Source: Peribolospora baueri (Eukaryota). Taken from it: a stretch of DNA of 58,822 bases. Position 1 is the first letter of the stretch; the number at the start of each line of letters is the position of its first letter. The stretch is taken from contig JAMDHS010000114.1 of the NCBI GenBank assembly GCA_029717555.1, positions 1 to 58,822 of the forward strand, in the 5' to 3' direction. Below the pieces are notes generated by a model, which saw only the letters and a list, made by a program, of their open reading frames with translations, did no database searches and was not told the DNA's origin. Below are positions 35,753-49,107 of the stretch, in pieces. Both the position numbers and the translations under genes were made by a program.

Positions 35753-36661
35753 ATGCACTCCCTCCGCTCCCCAACGCCGTCTCCGTCTCCGTCTCGCAAG
35801 GAGGGACGTGAGCACGACGCCGCCGTTCGTCTCCGTCCCGCTCCCTCGCCTCGCCTTGCAAAAGCGACCACCGTACTCCTTCTTCTCGCACAGCTACCCC
35901 TTGCCACCGGATTACCCCTCCAAACCGACTCGCACCACCACCACCACCTCTTCCTCGCTAAGCGGTCCTCCGGCGCAGAGCGCACCAAGATCGTCGTCGC
36001 CGTCGTTCTAGCCCTCGTCCTCGCCCTCGCCCTCTTTTCTTGCATCGTTCTTAGCGGTCGCTGCTGTTGCGGCCGCCGAAGAGGGGGGGACGCTGGCGAG
36101 GAGAAGAAGGGGAAGGACAAGGGCAAAGAGCGAGAGCGAGAGAGAGGGGCCGACGAGGACAAGGAGGACAAGGAGGACGCACAGCGGACCGCTTCTCTCC
36201 ACGCCGATCGGCGCCTCGTCGCACGCGAGAAGGCCGTCCTGCCGAGGCCGTTGTCGTTCCCGGGAGGACCACCACCGCCACCGCCACTGGACGCTGGAGG
36301 CGTCGAGGGACGACGGAAAGTCACCCCGCCGCCCGATGGCGATGGTGGCGCCGACGGCGGCGACGGCAACGGACAGAGACCCCATCGAGACAGCTTCTTC
36401 GGCCTCGACGCCAACGCGCCCGGAACGCACCGCCTCGGCGACCTCGACGATGATGAACCGACCGAGCGCGGCTCGGCGTCCGCCTTTCCCGACAACGAGG
36501 ACGCTGAGCATGCCGACGCCGACGCTGAGGGGGCTGCAGAGGAAGGACGAGGTACGCCTCCGCCTCCGCCTCGCCCTGAAGACGAAGACGACAGGACGAG
36601 AACGGAGAGCATGGGCTGGTTCGACGAGCACGGACAGTGGTACCAGACAGACCAGTTTTGA
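35753..36661 (+). CDS. Hypothetical single-pass membrane protein
   Basis: Hydrophobic VLLLLAQLPLATG, His tract, TM segment IVVAVVLALVLALALFSCIVL followed by CCCGRRR, acidic tail. Start is uncertain (ORF open from 35639). Confidence 0.6.
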   Translation: MHSLRSPTPSPSPSRKEGREHDAAVRLRPAPSPRLAKATTVLLLLAQLPLATGLPLQTDSHHHHHLFLAKRSSGAERTKIVVAVVLALVLALALFSCIVLSGRCCCGRRRGGDAGEEKKGKDKGKERERERGADEDKEDKEDAQRTASLHADRRLVAREKAVLPRPLSFPGGPPPPPPLDAGGVEGRRKVTPPPDGDGGADGGDGNGQRPHRDSFFGLDANAPGTHRLGDLDDDEPTERGSASAFPDNEDAEHADADAEGAAEEGRGTPPPPPRPEDEDDRTRTESMGWFDEHGQWYQTDQF

Positions 36662-37265
36662 GCGCCATTCAGCTCTCCTTGTCCATCTCTACTCTTCTCC
36701 CGTCTCTGTCCCCGCTCTCGCTCGCTCCCTTGCTCGGCAATGACCCCTCACATTACTGAATAGCCGCCATCGGCTTTTCAATTCGCCTTTTGAATTCGTA
36801 CGCCATTTCGACTCGACTCGACGACACACCTCGGAAATTCGACGTTTCGCCTTTGTCGTCAGGACGCTTTCCTCCTTCGTGACCCCGCACCGCCGTGCTC
36901 CGTCCGACCTCGTGTTCATGCTTCATTCGCCTCGGTCGCCATATCAGCCTCTCCATTCTCTCCATTCCGCCTCTCCTCCCATCCATCCTCTCGAGATGGA
37001 AGCATGGACGCAAGAACCGCGCCAAGCGCGCCCCAAGTCGGGTGGACGGGGATCGCTTAGCCGGTCGTCGACCGTCACAGGTTTCACGAGCCGTAAACCG
37101 CCTGGCTCGGAGCTTCGAGGAGACACGCCGTCCCACCGTCCACCATCCTCCGCCTTCGTCGTCGCCCGAGCGCACCCGCCTCTCGGGACGAATGGATGAA
37201 CGGACGGATGGGTCGATGGGCCGGGCGCGTAGGATGGAGACGTCCTACCCTCGTTCTCCTCACGC

Positions 37266-39962
37266 TCATCCATACAGCTCTATCCGCATGCCCGTGCCGA
37301 CTGCCAATCCGCTCGTGCATCCCGTCACGCCCCCCCGGTCCTTCTCATCAGCCAGCACGGAGGCCAGCCGGGGCGCCTCGCAAAACTTGACGGCCTTGAC
37401 CGGAGCGCCGAAGAGGCGGGCGCCGATGCGTACGCGATCCTGATCCTGCGACGGCGCTCGTCCCTCTTCTCCGTCTTGACGTTGACATTGGTCTTGGCAA
37501 GACGTCAAAAGAGCGCCGGTGCGTAAAGACCACAAGCGTACTCTGCCGTCCTGTCCCGCTGCAGCTAGGAAGGACGAAGTGGGATCGACGTCTAGGCCCT
37601 GAGCAGATGGATGGATGGATGGATGAATGGGCAGGAAGTGTTAGACATTGGCGCAAGGGGGGCAACACACCCTGGTCCCAACGACCCGCCCACTCACGAG
37701 ATCACGACTGTACTTGTTGGAGTGACCATGCAAAGACATCACCGGGCGAGCCACGAGGTCCGTTGACGCCTTTGGATCGGTGGTCAGGAATCGGAGGTCA
37801 TAGATGTCCAGCTGCCGCATGGGAAACAAGGGTTCCAAAACGATGATGACGACAACGACAACGACGATCGGCCGTTCTGCCTTCGTCAGCGCCGTCCGCC
37901 TATCCTTGCACGGCCCCGCGCGACGCCACCTACGTACCTCGCCACTGATCCCGGCCACAAGCACAGAAGTGTTGTCGCCGATGAGCTTGACGTGCGTGAT
38001 GCCACTCCGAGCCTTAAGAAGCCGGTTTGGAGGCTTTGACTCCTCTTTCAGAGAATGACCTTGGGCTTGGCCACCTTGTTGAGGGAGGAGGCGCTTGTCG
38101 TAGCGATGTAGACTGCCGGAGCGCGTGCCGGCGTAAATGGAGTCCTTGAATGCGTTGAGAGATCTTCGTCAGTCGGACGCCGTCTCCCAGCATCTCTTCC
38201 CTTATCAAGAGAGACCCGGCTAACGATCTCAAGCGGGAGCGGAGGCACTCACCTGGGCTTGATCCACGGCAAACACGTCGCTGCCTGTCCAAAGCGGCAC
38301 CATGTTACCCCAGCTGTGGGGTAATGCCCGCGATACCATCAACGACTGGTCGCAACCTGAAAGGAGAAAAGTCAGGCAAACCAAAAAAAAAAAAGGTAAA
38401 GCTCAGTGACGAGCGTGAACGACTGCTATTGACGAAAAGCAAACAGGAAAAGTCATCAATCACCCAGGACGACATCGGTCTCGAACAAGCTGGAGGTCCA
38501 AAGATTGGTCTTCCGCGGCTCGATGAGCATGGTGGGCGACAAGGGTCTGACCCCAGGTGTCAAATAGTCTTAGCCAAAAGTCTCAGCCACGGCCCTTTAT
38601 AGTCGAGCTTTCCATCCAGTACTTACTCTGTAAGGCTCCACGAGCGTTCGTGGGCCAAAGTCATCAACAAAGCCTTGGACGGTGCCCCGAGCCATGTCGC
38701 CCTAACCACGAAGGAAACGAAGCGCACCTTTTAGCCCCAAAATCACTCCGACTCGGGCCCAGTTCGGCGACAAAACCGGCGTTTGGAGACAGCTCACAGT
38801 ATGACGCCGCGCCGGGAAACTTGGATACTAGAAACAGGCGCGGGGAATGTCCAGTCGCAGCTTGGTGGCTCGAGATCGGAGAGCGGCATGCGCCTGCGAG
38901 AGTGCATCGAGGGCGAGCCCATCAGCGTTCACGAACAGATAGGCGCTCCGAAGAGGAAGAGCTGGCCGGAAGCCTTCGCTCACCTCAGGGCGCCCACCGA
39001 GTCTCCGTAGAACAGCACCGACCCGTCGCTCGAAGCCTGTCCATGCAAGGCGAAGCAAGGCTTGTGCGTTCAGCCGATCCGTATCGCCGACGTGCTTTCC
39101 GATGCGGGTTTGCATCGACAGTCCACGACCAAGTTGCAGGAACACACCGTCATGGAAGTTATGGCCGCTTCCCCGTCCCCTATTTCCCATTGGAGTGCAG
39201 CGGGCCTGGACATCTGCCTTGTGGTCCGTGCGAACAGAGCCGACAGCATTGCACTGGGTGGTGTCAAAGCACGGATAAGACAAAGAAAAAAAGACTAATA
39301 AAAATCAAGGACACAGTGTACGGACGATCTCGACGCTCGTTAGGTCGGGTACGACTCGTCCCACTTACTGTCGCCTCCTCTCCATCTCAGCGGACCCGCC
39401 TACATGGCCTCTCATCCGCCTGACCTGTTCTGGCATCGCAGTTCCCGTATTCGAGATAGCGACACCATAAACGAGCGGCCCTGATGATCGCAGAGCCGAA
39501 GGGGCACTTCCCAGTCCGCGCTCGTCGTATCGAGGCGACACGCCGCCCGTTCCCTCTTCCCTCGACCCTGGCCGTGCTTCCAGCCGTGCCTTTTTCTGGC
39601 TCGGTCCTCGACCACGGCCGCCACTGCCAACAGCATCAGTACTTGTCCGCGGCCCTTGGCTCCGAGGTCCCGCAGCTGGTGCTGTCCCCGACGCCTGCCC
39701 TCCTGGAGGCCTCTTGAAATAACGGTTCTTCCTGCACCAGTGCGTTGGGTTCATGGACGAAAGACGGTCAGAGTGCGAGTTATGATCTAAACTGGGCAGG
39801 CAGGCGCCTCCCGCAAACCGTCCTGAGCCCCAGCAAAGAATAAAAAAATAAAACCGACTAGCTCGACTCGGGATCGACGTCCGCGACCGGCCGGTCGGCT
39901 GACCACACTCACTCAGGATCGAAGTAGTATCCAGGGATCTCCAGCGGCAGTCTCCGGCTCAT
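37266..39962 (-). CDS. DCAF4/WDR21-like WD40 protein (CUL4-DDB1 substrate receptor), ~11 exons
   Basis: Spliced product MSRRLPLEIPGYYFDPE|KNRYFK...TGSDVFAVDQ...IYAGTRSGSLHRYDKR...LDIYDLR...LHGHSN...FLAAAGQDGRVRLWSLRTG matches WDR21-family blocks. Every junction is GT-AG and keeps frame. Confidence 0.82.
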
Positions 39963-40706
39963 CGCGCGCGGCCTTGCCGTCTACCTCGTCAACGCACCCG
40001 GTCTGGAATGGCCCAGTTGACTCCTCCTACGTGACTGGGGCGAAGATGCGCGTTCGAGCAGCCAGGGAGCGAGTGCCGTCTGGACAGTTTTCGTTGAGCG
40101 TAGGTAGAGAGAGAGAACTTGGCTCCAAGTTGTCGAGTTCGGCTGACTAAGCAGGTCATCCACGTGCGTGCCCGATCTTCCTTCTCGCAATGACGGCCTC
40201 GCTTAAGGTCGTTCAAGATCGTTCTTGTCCTTTCGGCCGACTTGTCGCACGATGAGATCACCCCACAACGCTTTCACTCATAGCTATCATGTATCACCAC
40301 GGACAGGGAACTGGAAAGAACAGAGAGGAGGGGGTCGATGTCAAGTCCTAACAAGGGGACGGCGAGCGACTAGAGTCATAAGGATGCGTCTCAAATCGAC
40401 GGGGCGAAGAGGCGCAGTAGACGACGGGCAAACACTAATGAGTGTGTAAGGTCAGAGGAAGCGGACTCGTCGGAATACGAGCTGCAATAGACAAGATGAG
40501 ACGAAGATGAAAACAGACGAAATGATAGCACTTCTGTGATTTTTTCATCGGAATACAACGCACAGAATAACAGGGGTGGAAGAGCGGGGAGGAGAGGAGA
40601 AATGAAATGGCGGCAAAAAAGAACAAAAGGGTATGAAGGTAAGGCAAAAGGCGTAACAAAAAGAAATCTGCAAACCGTACGGCGTCAACGTCTTGACAAG
40701 GCTCGC

Positions 40707-43515
40707 TCAATGCACCGACCCAACGCTCTCCCTCGTCTTCTCAGTCCGCAAGATGACCTCCTCGAACCAAGCCAGAGCCTCGATGGCGCTGCGCTCCTTC
40801 TCCTCCTCGCCATGCACCACCTTCTTGCGCTCGTCGATCGCGACGCGGAAGCGCTCCGACAGATCCCACCCGGCCAGGCGGAGTACCTTGCGCGTCTCCC
40901 TGCTGACTCGCGCCGCGTGCAGGTCCGCAAACGTCGCCGAGGGGGCAACGTTCTTGTTGGGTGCGGGAACGAGCGCATCGGTACGACGGCCGCGCCGCGA
41001 GGATGTCGCCTCCTTCTGAGGAGGGTTGAGAAGCGTGCGCCGGAGAGAGCGACCCACGTTACGCGGGACAGAGTTGGGCAGGTCGAGAACGAAGTAGACA
41101 GCGAGACCGACGGAGGCGACGGCGATAACGGGTCCGGCCCAGCGACGAGTGTTCTGGTTGCCGAGGATGTCAGAGACGCGCACGACGGCCTCGATGATCG
41201 AGTGGGCGCCAAATGTCTTGCCTCCCACGACCGTCATCGCTCCCAGGCCGATGCCGAGCGTGCTGATAAGACTCATTTCCTCCTCGTTGTCCTTGCCCTT
41301 GCCGTCGGACGATTCGCCAAAGCTCATGTGATGAGCAATGTCGAACAGGTCCGAAAGGTTCACCTCGACAATCTCCGAGCCAAGACCGAGGCCGACGAAG
41401 CCAACGACGCCGACGCGGCGGCTGTTCATTTGACGACGGCGAGCGAACATTGCCTCTGGCACGAAGACGCGCGTGTCCTTGGCGCTCTCCTCCGGGAGGT
41501 GCTTCTTGCCGAGGTCCTGAACATGCTTGACCGCCTCGGCGGTCGTTTTCCTCGTCTCGTCCTCAACGTTCCTCACCGCAGCCTCGAGCGAGTTGAGTAG
41601 AGCGAGGCGAACTTCCTGAGCGTACTTCCACAAGCTCAGAAGGCCAGGGTAAGGCGGCAGTTTGACGTTGTTATTGGCGGGCAGACCGCGCCCGACCATC
41701 TCGATGGCATGGGCCAAGTGCTCACGCGCCTCCTCCTCCACCTCGCGCACGGCCTCATCCTCCTCACCTTCCAGCACACCCTCGAGCTTGACCTGCGCCT
41801 CAAGACACTTCTCAAGCGCAGGTCTCGCCTCCTCGAGAGCAGCGCGCGCGGCGTCCCTCTCGCTACTTGCGACGAGAGCGTTCGACCGCGCGAGGAAGCC
41901 GACGTCGCCCAAGAGACGGGTGAGGTAAGTCTGCGCAGGAAGGAGCTTGGACTTAGACCTCTTGACGAGCACAAAGTTGCGCAAAGCCTCCTCCATGGCT
42001 GCGAAGGCAGGGTTGGTCGAAGCCGTCTCGTCCTCCACCTGAACCCCCTCTTTGGCTTCCTCAGCTTCAGCCGCTCCGTCAACGGAGACGCTGTTGGGAG
42101 CCGACTCAGCAGTGACTACGTTGGCTGACTCGACAAAGTGCACAAGGTCCTCTGCATCCTCGAACGTGTGCGGACTCAGCTGGCGGATCTGCTCGAGAAC
42201 GAGGCGCTTGCACCTCTCCTTGTCGCGGATGGCGTCGAACTTGTTGACGATGATGAAAACGTACGCTTTCTCGTTGCCGGCGCTCCACAAAAACTCCTTC
42301 GCCGAGAGAGTGAAGTGGTTCTCAGCGCTCACGACGAAAACCACTACGTCAATCTCTTCTTGCCGAGCAAATAGAGCCGTCGTCTTTAGGCTATCACGGT
42401 TAAGGCCGGGGGCATCGATCAAGGAAATGTCCACGACGCCGTTGTGGAGGAGGCTCGTCTGAGCCTGGCGGCGGTCGTGAACGTACACCTTGAGGATGGG
42501 CATGGCGGAAGGGTCGGCCTCGTAGTCGGTAACAAGTGACTCGAGATGGCTGATGCTGTGACGCTCGAACGTCTTCTCGTTCGAGCGGTCGTAATCGGCT
42601 ACATTGGTGACAACGTGCACCTCCTCGACACCTTCATTCATCTCCGTAGCATCAAGAACCTCGGCGAAGACAGTGGTGCAGGGTTGCTGGTCGACGGGCA
42701 TAACCTCGCGCCTCAGCAGCGCGTTGACGAACGTCGACTTTCCGGCGTTGAGGTCACCCGTGACGAGCACCTTGCTCGACGTGTCGGAGATGCGGGCACG
42801 GAGCGAGAGCAGGTGCTTAAGTGCCTGGCTCATGCGGCCGTCGAGAAGCGAGGCGACGGACGACTTTTCCAACGTCCGCACCAGCGCCTGGGGGTCACTG
42901 CCAGTGGGGCCGAGCTTGAGATCAATGCGGAGCACTTGAAGCTCTGAAGCCGTCTCGTCCTCCTCCTTTGGGACCTGCGACGCCTCGGCGCCGTCGGTAT
43001 ACGACATCTGTCGTGTGGAGCGGGGCAAGGTCTTCTCAGACGAAGCAGATGACGCGGCACCCTCCTCCGCGACTAGCTCCTCTTCTCCAGCCACTGATTT
43101 GGTGCGACGCAGCGTAGGGGCCGCCGCCTTCTCGGCCGTGTTCTCCGACGACGGCTGGGCGGAAGCGACCTCGGCGAGCTGGGGATAGTGCACGATCCAT
43201 CGCTCCTTGTTGAATCCGCGAAGGTCAGAGAGAATGGACGAAGTGGCATCGATGGCGGACAGGAGTCTAAAGGGCGGCCGAAGAAGTAGGGCCATGGCAT
43301 GGGTCAGCGACGATGCCAAGACGTGGGGAGCAGGGCGAGCAGAGTCGAAGAAAACGCGTGGCGAGCACGCACCTGTCCCTGTTCTCAGCGAACACCCTCT
43401 GTGCATCCTCCAGGAGACTGCCCGCGCCCTCCATCGACGCAGGCTCCTCGGACACCGCAGCCGCCGGGCGCTCAAGCCCGACAGCGGGAGCCGAGGCAGT
43501 CGAGGTGGCGGCCAT
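40707..43515 (-). CDS. FZO1: Mitofusin / mitochondrial fusion GTPase Fzo1
   Basis: P-loop VTGDLNAGKSTFVNALL, DQQPCT, LIDAPGLN, NKFD, two TM segments near the C-terminus. Intron 43267-43372 joins FAENRDR to LLSAID. The exact start may lie further upstream. Confidence 0.95.
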
Positions 43516-44261
43516 TGCGGGCGAGGGATTGGTGAAACCCGAAAGCGTCCTGCGCCACGCGGGCGGTGCGTTTCTCGAACAAGTGGCGGTTAACGTGTAG
43601 CCTGTGGCTCAAGTGTAAGCGACAGGTGATGTGAATGGGCACAGGAAAGAAGAAGTCGGGTGGAGGTTGAGGCGTTGGTGATCACCGCTCGGGCAAAACT
43701 GCGCCCGGACGCCTCCGGTCGTGGGAACTTGTCCACGTGGCCTTGTTGGATCCGATTGGACGGCGATCAACGGCTTATGCGCGCCGGATCCCCACGACTG
43801 GCATGGCTTCTTCCTCGCTACGCATGGGTGAGCAAACTGCGTACAGCAGTTACTTTGTCAGGGAATGGGACCGGTGTGCAGCTGTTTCGTTAATATTTCT
43901 CCAGCCAGCAACCAACGAGTCCGACAGTGACGCCCCTTTGCGAGTTGGCGCCCTATTGCGTGTTGTTCGGATATCAACATAGGTCGCTGGGGATAGATGC
44001 TACTTAAGCAGCATGCACGCGTGGTTTCCGGACGACACCCACCTTGCAGGCATGGGCACTCCATCTGAAGAACATTCACTCCGACGTACTTTGAAAGCTC
44101 GGACTGGATACTGTCATCTTCCACTCGGTCGACTCATCAGGCTCTCATAGCCGCGATAGGAAATGGACGGGTATTCGTCTCATATTTTGAACAGTAAGGC
44201 AGGTAACACGACCGCGGGCCTTAAAAGTTGGACATATAACAACGACGCGGAGACGACGGCT

Positions 44262-46563
44262 TTAGGACGCATCTTTGCGCGCCTTCGCAGACGCGCGACT
44301 CCGCTCCGCCCGCTCAGTCCTCCGCTTGACGACCTGAACGTTCTCAATGCTGAACTCGATGAGCAGCAGAGACCCTCTTGTGCTCGCACCGACTTCCGCC
44401 GAAGAAGCAGATGCCTGGCCGACCTTGCCTTGCTCGAGCTCGTTCAACTTCTTCCGCAGGCGCTGCAGGAGTGTTTCTGCGTCTCCGTCGTCGGCGACTT
44501 CGGCGGCGCCCTTGGACTTCTGCTGCGATCCGTCCGACTTGTCCTTTGCCTTGCCTTTTGCCTTGTCCTTTGCCTTGTCCTTCCCAGCCTGCTTCTGCGT
44601 CTCTTCGAGCTTGCCAATCACCTCCCGAAGCTCCTCCATCCACCACTCCTTCATCAGTCCTGCCAACTTAGCGTTGTGATTCGCCAAACGCAGGACCCTC
44701 AGAGCGTCTCTGTGCGTGCGCAGCTCAAGGAAGCCGTATCCTTTCGACCTCCCGAGACCCGTGAGAGGGTCCAGTCGATCGGCTTGTCGCACCAATTTGG
44801 CCTGACACACGAGGCTCGGCTTGATTCCCCTCTTTTTGTTCTTGTTGCCCGCGACGTTCGCCACCGCGTCGTCCTTCAACTCGGCCTCCGTAAGAGGCTG
44901 CCTCTTGCCCTCCTTCACCTCCGCCTCGAACTGCCGTACCGCATGCGAAGCGAGACGTTTAAGCGTACGATCAGTGGCAAAGAGAGGAAGTTGGCGGATG
45001 CTCAAGCGCGTCTTGGAGATGTATAGGGCCGGGTTGGAAGCGAGCAGTTTCCGACGTGCGTTGAAGGACGTAACGCGTTTGTCAACCTCCGCTTCTGTCA
45101 GTTGCCCCGCTGCCGGCGAGTGGGAGAACACCACTGAGAGGCGGCCAAAAACCGAATAAAGGAAAGACCGTTAGAGCTTAATAACGACCTCCGGTGATAG
45201 CCACTCTGCAACTCACCTCCCTCATGCAATAGATACATATTCCTCTTGTCCTGTTTTTGCCTCCTTTGCTCGCCTTCCACCCGCAGTTTGACCGCCTGAT
45301 CCCGGTTGACGGCTGGAACGACGTTGAGCACGCGGCCGTGCAGAGTGAAGTCGGAGGCAAGGGCCGAGGATGGGTCGGCGGTGAGGACAGAGGGGAGAGT
45401 GAAAGGGTTCTTCGTTCGAGTTTCAACCTGCACATGGCAATGCCCCCATAGATGCGAGTCACGCCGTCAGTGATGTGCATATACATTAAGGACGTGAACG
45501 AAGACCAAGAATAGCGGCTCACCGTATTTCGCCCACCAGCCTCCTCTTCCACGACAGCAGCTCGCTTGAGCGTGGTCTGGGAATCTTCATGTTTCCAGAA
45601 GCACACAAAGCCGGTTCCTCGCGGCCTGCCGCTTGCGGCGTCCATCGTGATCCTGGCGTAACGCAGAGGCCCGAATTTCCGGAAGCTAGAAGAAGACAGG
45701 TAAGAATGTCGGTTAAATGTAAGTAAACATTCGACATCAAGATCGGCCGAAAAGCCGAGCATACATACAGGTTCTTCAGCTCCTCCTCGGTGGCTTCGTA
45801 GGGTAGGTTGCGCACAAAGAGCGTCGTTCCCTCCTCTGTGCCGGGTAGCTGTGGACGGGACTTCGGCTCCTCTTCTTCGCTCTCCGCCTCCCCGTTGTTG
45901 GTATCCGCATCCTCACCGTCGTCAGTGTCCTCTTCGTCATCGCTTTCCGAAAGACCTCCTTCTTCATCCTCATCCTCCTCGTAGTCGTCCTCATCCCCGT
46001 CGTCTTCTGCAGAACTATCGTCTTCTGCTGGTGCAGGGGGTGGTTTCACTTCCACCTTAGCCCGTTTGCCAGGCTTCCTTGCTTCAGTGCCGCTCGTGCC
46101 TTTCTCAGCCGACTTCTTGGTGGTCTCTCCTTTTTTATCCGCCCAATCAATTCTGAGCTTCCTTGACCCGGCAAACTTGACATTCGCCAGTTCTTTCTTG
46201 GCGCGTTCCGCATCATCGGCGAGGGCAAAGGCGACGTACCCGACGCCTTTCGACTTCCTTGTCTCCCGATCGGTGACGACGAAGGCTCTGCGGATGGGGC
46301 CAATGTCAGAGAAAAAGGTAGAAAGATCAGTAGAGGTGGCCGTGTAGGGTAGGTTGGAGACGAAAAGGGTCGTATTTCTGAACGGTAGGCGGGAGATCAA
46401 AATCACATCAGCAATGTCTCGTCTTGCCTCATCTCGCCGGATCACCTGGCCGCTATCGTACCCACGGACGTCGCTTCTTGTCTCCTCCTTCCTGCGCCTT
46501 GGGAGCCTCCAAAGTTTCGTCTTCCGCTGGGCTCAATGGCCGCTTCGGTGGTCTTTTCGGCAT
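44262..46563 (-). CDS. NOP4: Nucleolar multi-RRM protein Nop4/RBM28, 5 exons
   Basis: RRMs TLFVSNLPY...SKGVGYVAF, TLFVRNLPY...RGTGFVCF and SKGYGFLE; DKRNMYLLHEG; NPALYISKTRLSIRQLP. First intron 46378-46465 (GTGGGT donor). Confidence 0.92.
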
Positions 46564-46782
46564 GTTGTACGAGGTTTTGGGACGATTCGTTAGGATGGAG
46601 GATCGCGAAATTCACGTCGAAGGATTTCAAAGAACTGCGGCACAGTCGTTGGCGGCCGCGAATTCGGACGATTACTCCCAAGCAGACATCGTTCCGCCTC
46701 CCCGGCCTGCCACAACCGACGGCGCCGTTCGCCTTGTCCCTTTCCCCGCCTGTCTCCTACCATGTCCGAGGTTGACCCTGCA

Positions 46783-46792
46783 GTAACCCTAC
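46783..46792. promoter_or_regulatory. GTAACCCTAC element in the divergent NOP4/QCR10 promoter
   Basis: Lies in the ~420 bp head-to-head interval; identical to 28302-28311. Confidence 0.3.
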
Positions 46793-46986
46793 CTCCCGTA
46801 TTAAATTGGCTCATACGGCCTTTTTAGATTAATAGTAGCCCGTCTATGTGATCTTTAAACGCATCAACAATCCGTCGATCGCTCCCGTCCGCCCTCCGAC
46901 CGACCTTCGCCGGCGTGTGACGGACGGATCTACCGATCGCTACCATTCATTCCCTCATTCCCCATTCCTTAGAGTTCGCTCTAGAG

Positions 46987-47657
46987 ATGGCTTATCACCG
47001 TCAATTCAAGCCGAATGGTGAGTTTCAAGCTCCTGATGGAGAGCTTCGTGGATGAAAGAAAGCGATGGGCGATTCTATTTGACATTACGTCCGGGTGGGA
47101 TTTGGAGTCGTTGGTGACGAGTAGCGCAGTGCGCAGACGTGTTCACCAGCGCATGCTTTTTTCTTTTTTTTTTTTTTTTTTTTTCCTTTCCTTCCTTCTT
47201 TTTTCCCCCCTTCGGATTCTCCCAACAGCTGGCGTTATGTCACATTTCAATCCCTCCGTCCTCGCTAGGTACGGTCCCACGGCTGCCCGATGGGGACTCG
47301 GACTCGGTGCGGCGGTGACGCTGTATGCAAGCAGCATCCCTCTCTTCCAGAAGGATGTTCTGGATAAGATCCCAATGGTGGGTTGTCAAGCGTTTGGTGG
47401 CAGTCTTCTGATGTGGCCTTCCGAATACGATTGTGGACGACGGACGGAACAAATGCGGGTGCGAGGGAGGTGGATGGTTTTCGTGGCGCTTGATGACCGC
47501 CTGGAGAGCGGAGGATGTTCAGAGGGTTTACTCCCTTCGTATTCGGATCGAACACTCATTTTTTGGCACCCAACTCACCCTTCCCTTTGTCTTTGACTGA
47601 TCCCAGGTGCGAGCCTACTTCAAGGACGATACGCCAGACAGCGATAAGCCCTTCTGA
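46987..47657 (+). CDS. QCR10: Cytochrome bc1 complex subunit 10 (Qcr10), 3 exons
   Basis: MAYHRQFKPN|AGVMSHFNPSVLARYGPTAARWGLGLGAAVTLYASSIPLFQKDVLDKIPM|VRAYFKDDTPDSDKPF*, with the characteristic DKPF ending. Confidence 0.9.
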
Positions 47658-47950
47658 GCCTCACCGCCCCCGCCCCCCCCCCCTTTCCTGTTTATTCGGG
47701 TGCATGTTAAGTTCTGCGCTTGTGGCTCGGCTTTGGACGGAATTCGTCTCTTACCCCCTCTTTCCCGGTGCTGCTCGGTTGTTCAATTCAGTGGAACATA
47801 CGATGTACGCAGACTGGGTTGTCGTCTCCCTCATTTTCCGCGGTTAAAGAACTGGAAACGTTTATGGATGACAGTTGGCCGTCAAAAGAAGAGGGAGTCG
47901 TTGATATCGCTCAGTTTTCCTCAAATGAGTACATGTACATGAAGATATGC

Positions 47951-49107
47951 TCAGTCCTGTCGGGAGCGGAGGTTTCTAGTGATGACCTTGTCGGGAGTGC
48001 TGGGTTCCAATCAGCGAGTGAGGTCAAAGTTCATATCAGTGTTTGAAGAACCGATGATATCTTGCATGACCGAGTACACGGAAAACCATTGAAGACTCAC
48101 ATTACCCTGACCACAGCACCCCAGCCTGAAAGCGCATCTCGCTCGAGCGCACCGAGTAGGGTCTGAGATATCGTTTCGAAAAGGTCCTCAGGTTCCTGCA
48201 GAACCAAAAAAAGGGAGAAGACCAATTGGAAACCGGGCACGGAAGACTTGTGGGTGCGATCAGACAACCACTCACCAGATCAGGCTCCCAAAGGCCCTCG
48301 GCCATTCCGAACAGCTTGTCGCTCGCCGTTCCGGACACGACAAAGTCCTTGGCAAAGTTGAGACATCCGATGAGATCCGAAGCTGCAATGAAGGGCTCGT
48401 TCTTCGAGTTCAGACCGGCGATCACAGGCTCGACAAAATACGGCCCGAATCTGGGGAACGAGCGCGGAGGGAGCGTGAAGAAAGGGATTGAGTTTGGGAC
48501 CTGTGGAATGAGCCTGACACCCCGCAAGATAGGATGGCCAAATAATTGACGCGTATACGTTATCAATACTCACCGGCGCTCATAAAGAGTCGAGCTGACC
48601 AGTCGCGCGAAGGTTTCTGGCTGGATGTCCCGTTCCTCCTTCATTTTGTACATGTTCGTCCGATAACGGAAGCGCTCGCGCCTTCCAAAGCAAACAACCA
48701 AGGAAGCCAGTGAGCACACGGAGATCACGAGGAAATCGGCACGGGAACTCACAAGGTGGCCAGATCAGTCGCCAGGCCGGGCAAACCAATGTACGTCTTG
48801 TCGGAGACGGAGAAGACCTATGGACAAGAGGAGATAAGTCGGAAGGCGCTCGTAAGAAACAAATTTACTAAAAAGAGGTCGCATGCACACACTGACCTTG
48901 TCAAAGTTGCACGCAATGGTGAGGGCCTGATTTCCAAGCCTGAGGTCATTGGCGATGGCGACGCAGTTCTTGCCCACCATGGCGATGCACGAGCCGCCAT
49001 TGATCTCGAGAGCGCTCTGCGAGGGCGTGAGAGAGACGACGCAGACATGCGCTGAGCACAATGCTGCGCATGCAGTGAGAGTACAGAATGCTAGGCCTGC
49101 TTACCAT
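47951..49107 (-). CDS. PUP3: 20S proteasome subunit beta-3, 7 exons
   Basis: M|SALEINGGSCIAMVGKNCVAIANDLRLG...SSTLYERRFGPYFVEPVIAG...ERDALSGWGAVV...RQD*. The first coding exon is the ATG alone. Confidence 0.95.

Noticed and set aside
36900..40260. Suspected degenerate transposon (fragmented ORFs such as 38557..39423)
   Set aside because: Explained by the spliced minus-strand DCAF4-like gene; no TIR, LTR or transposase motifs
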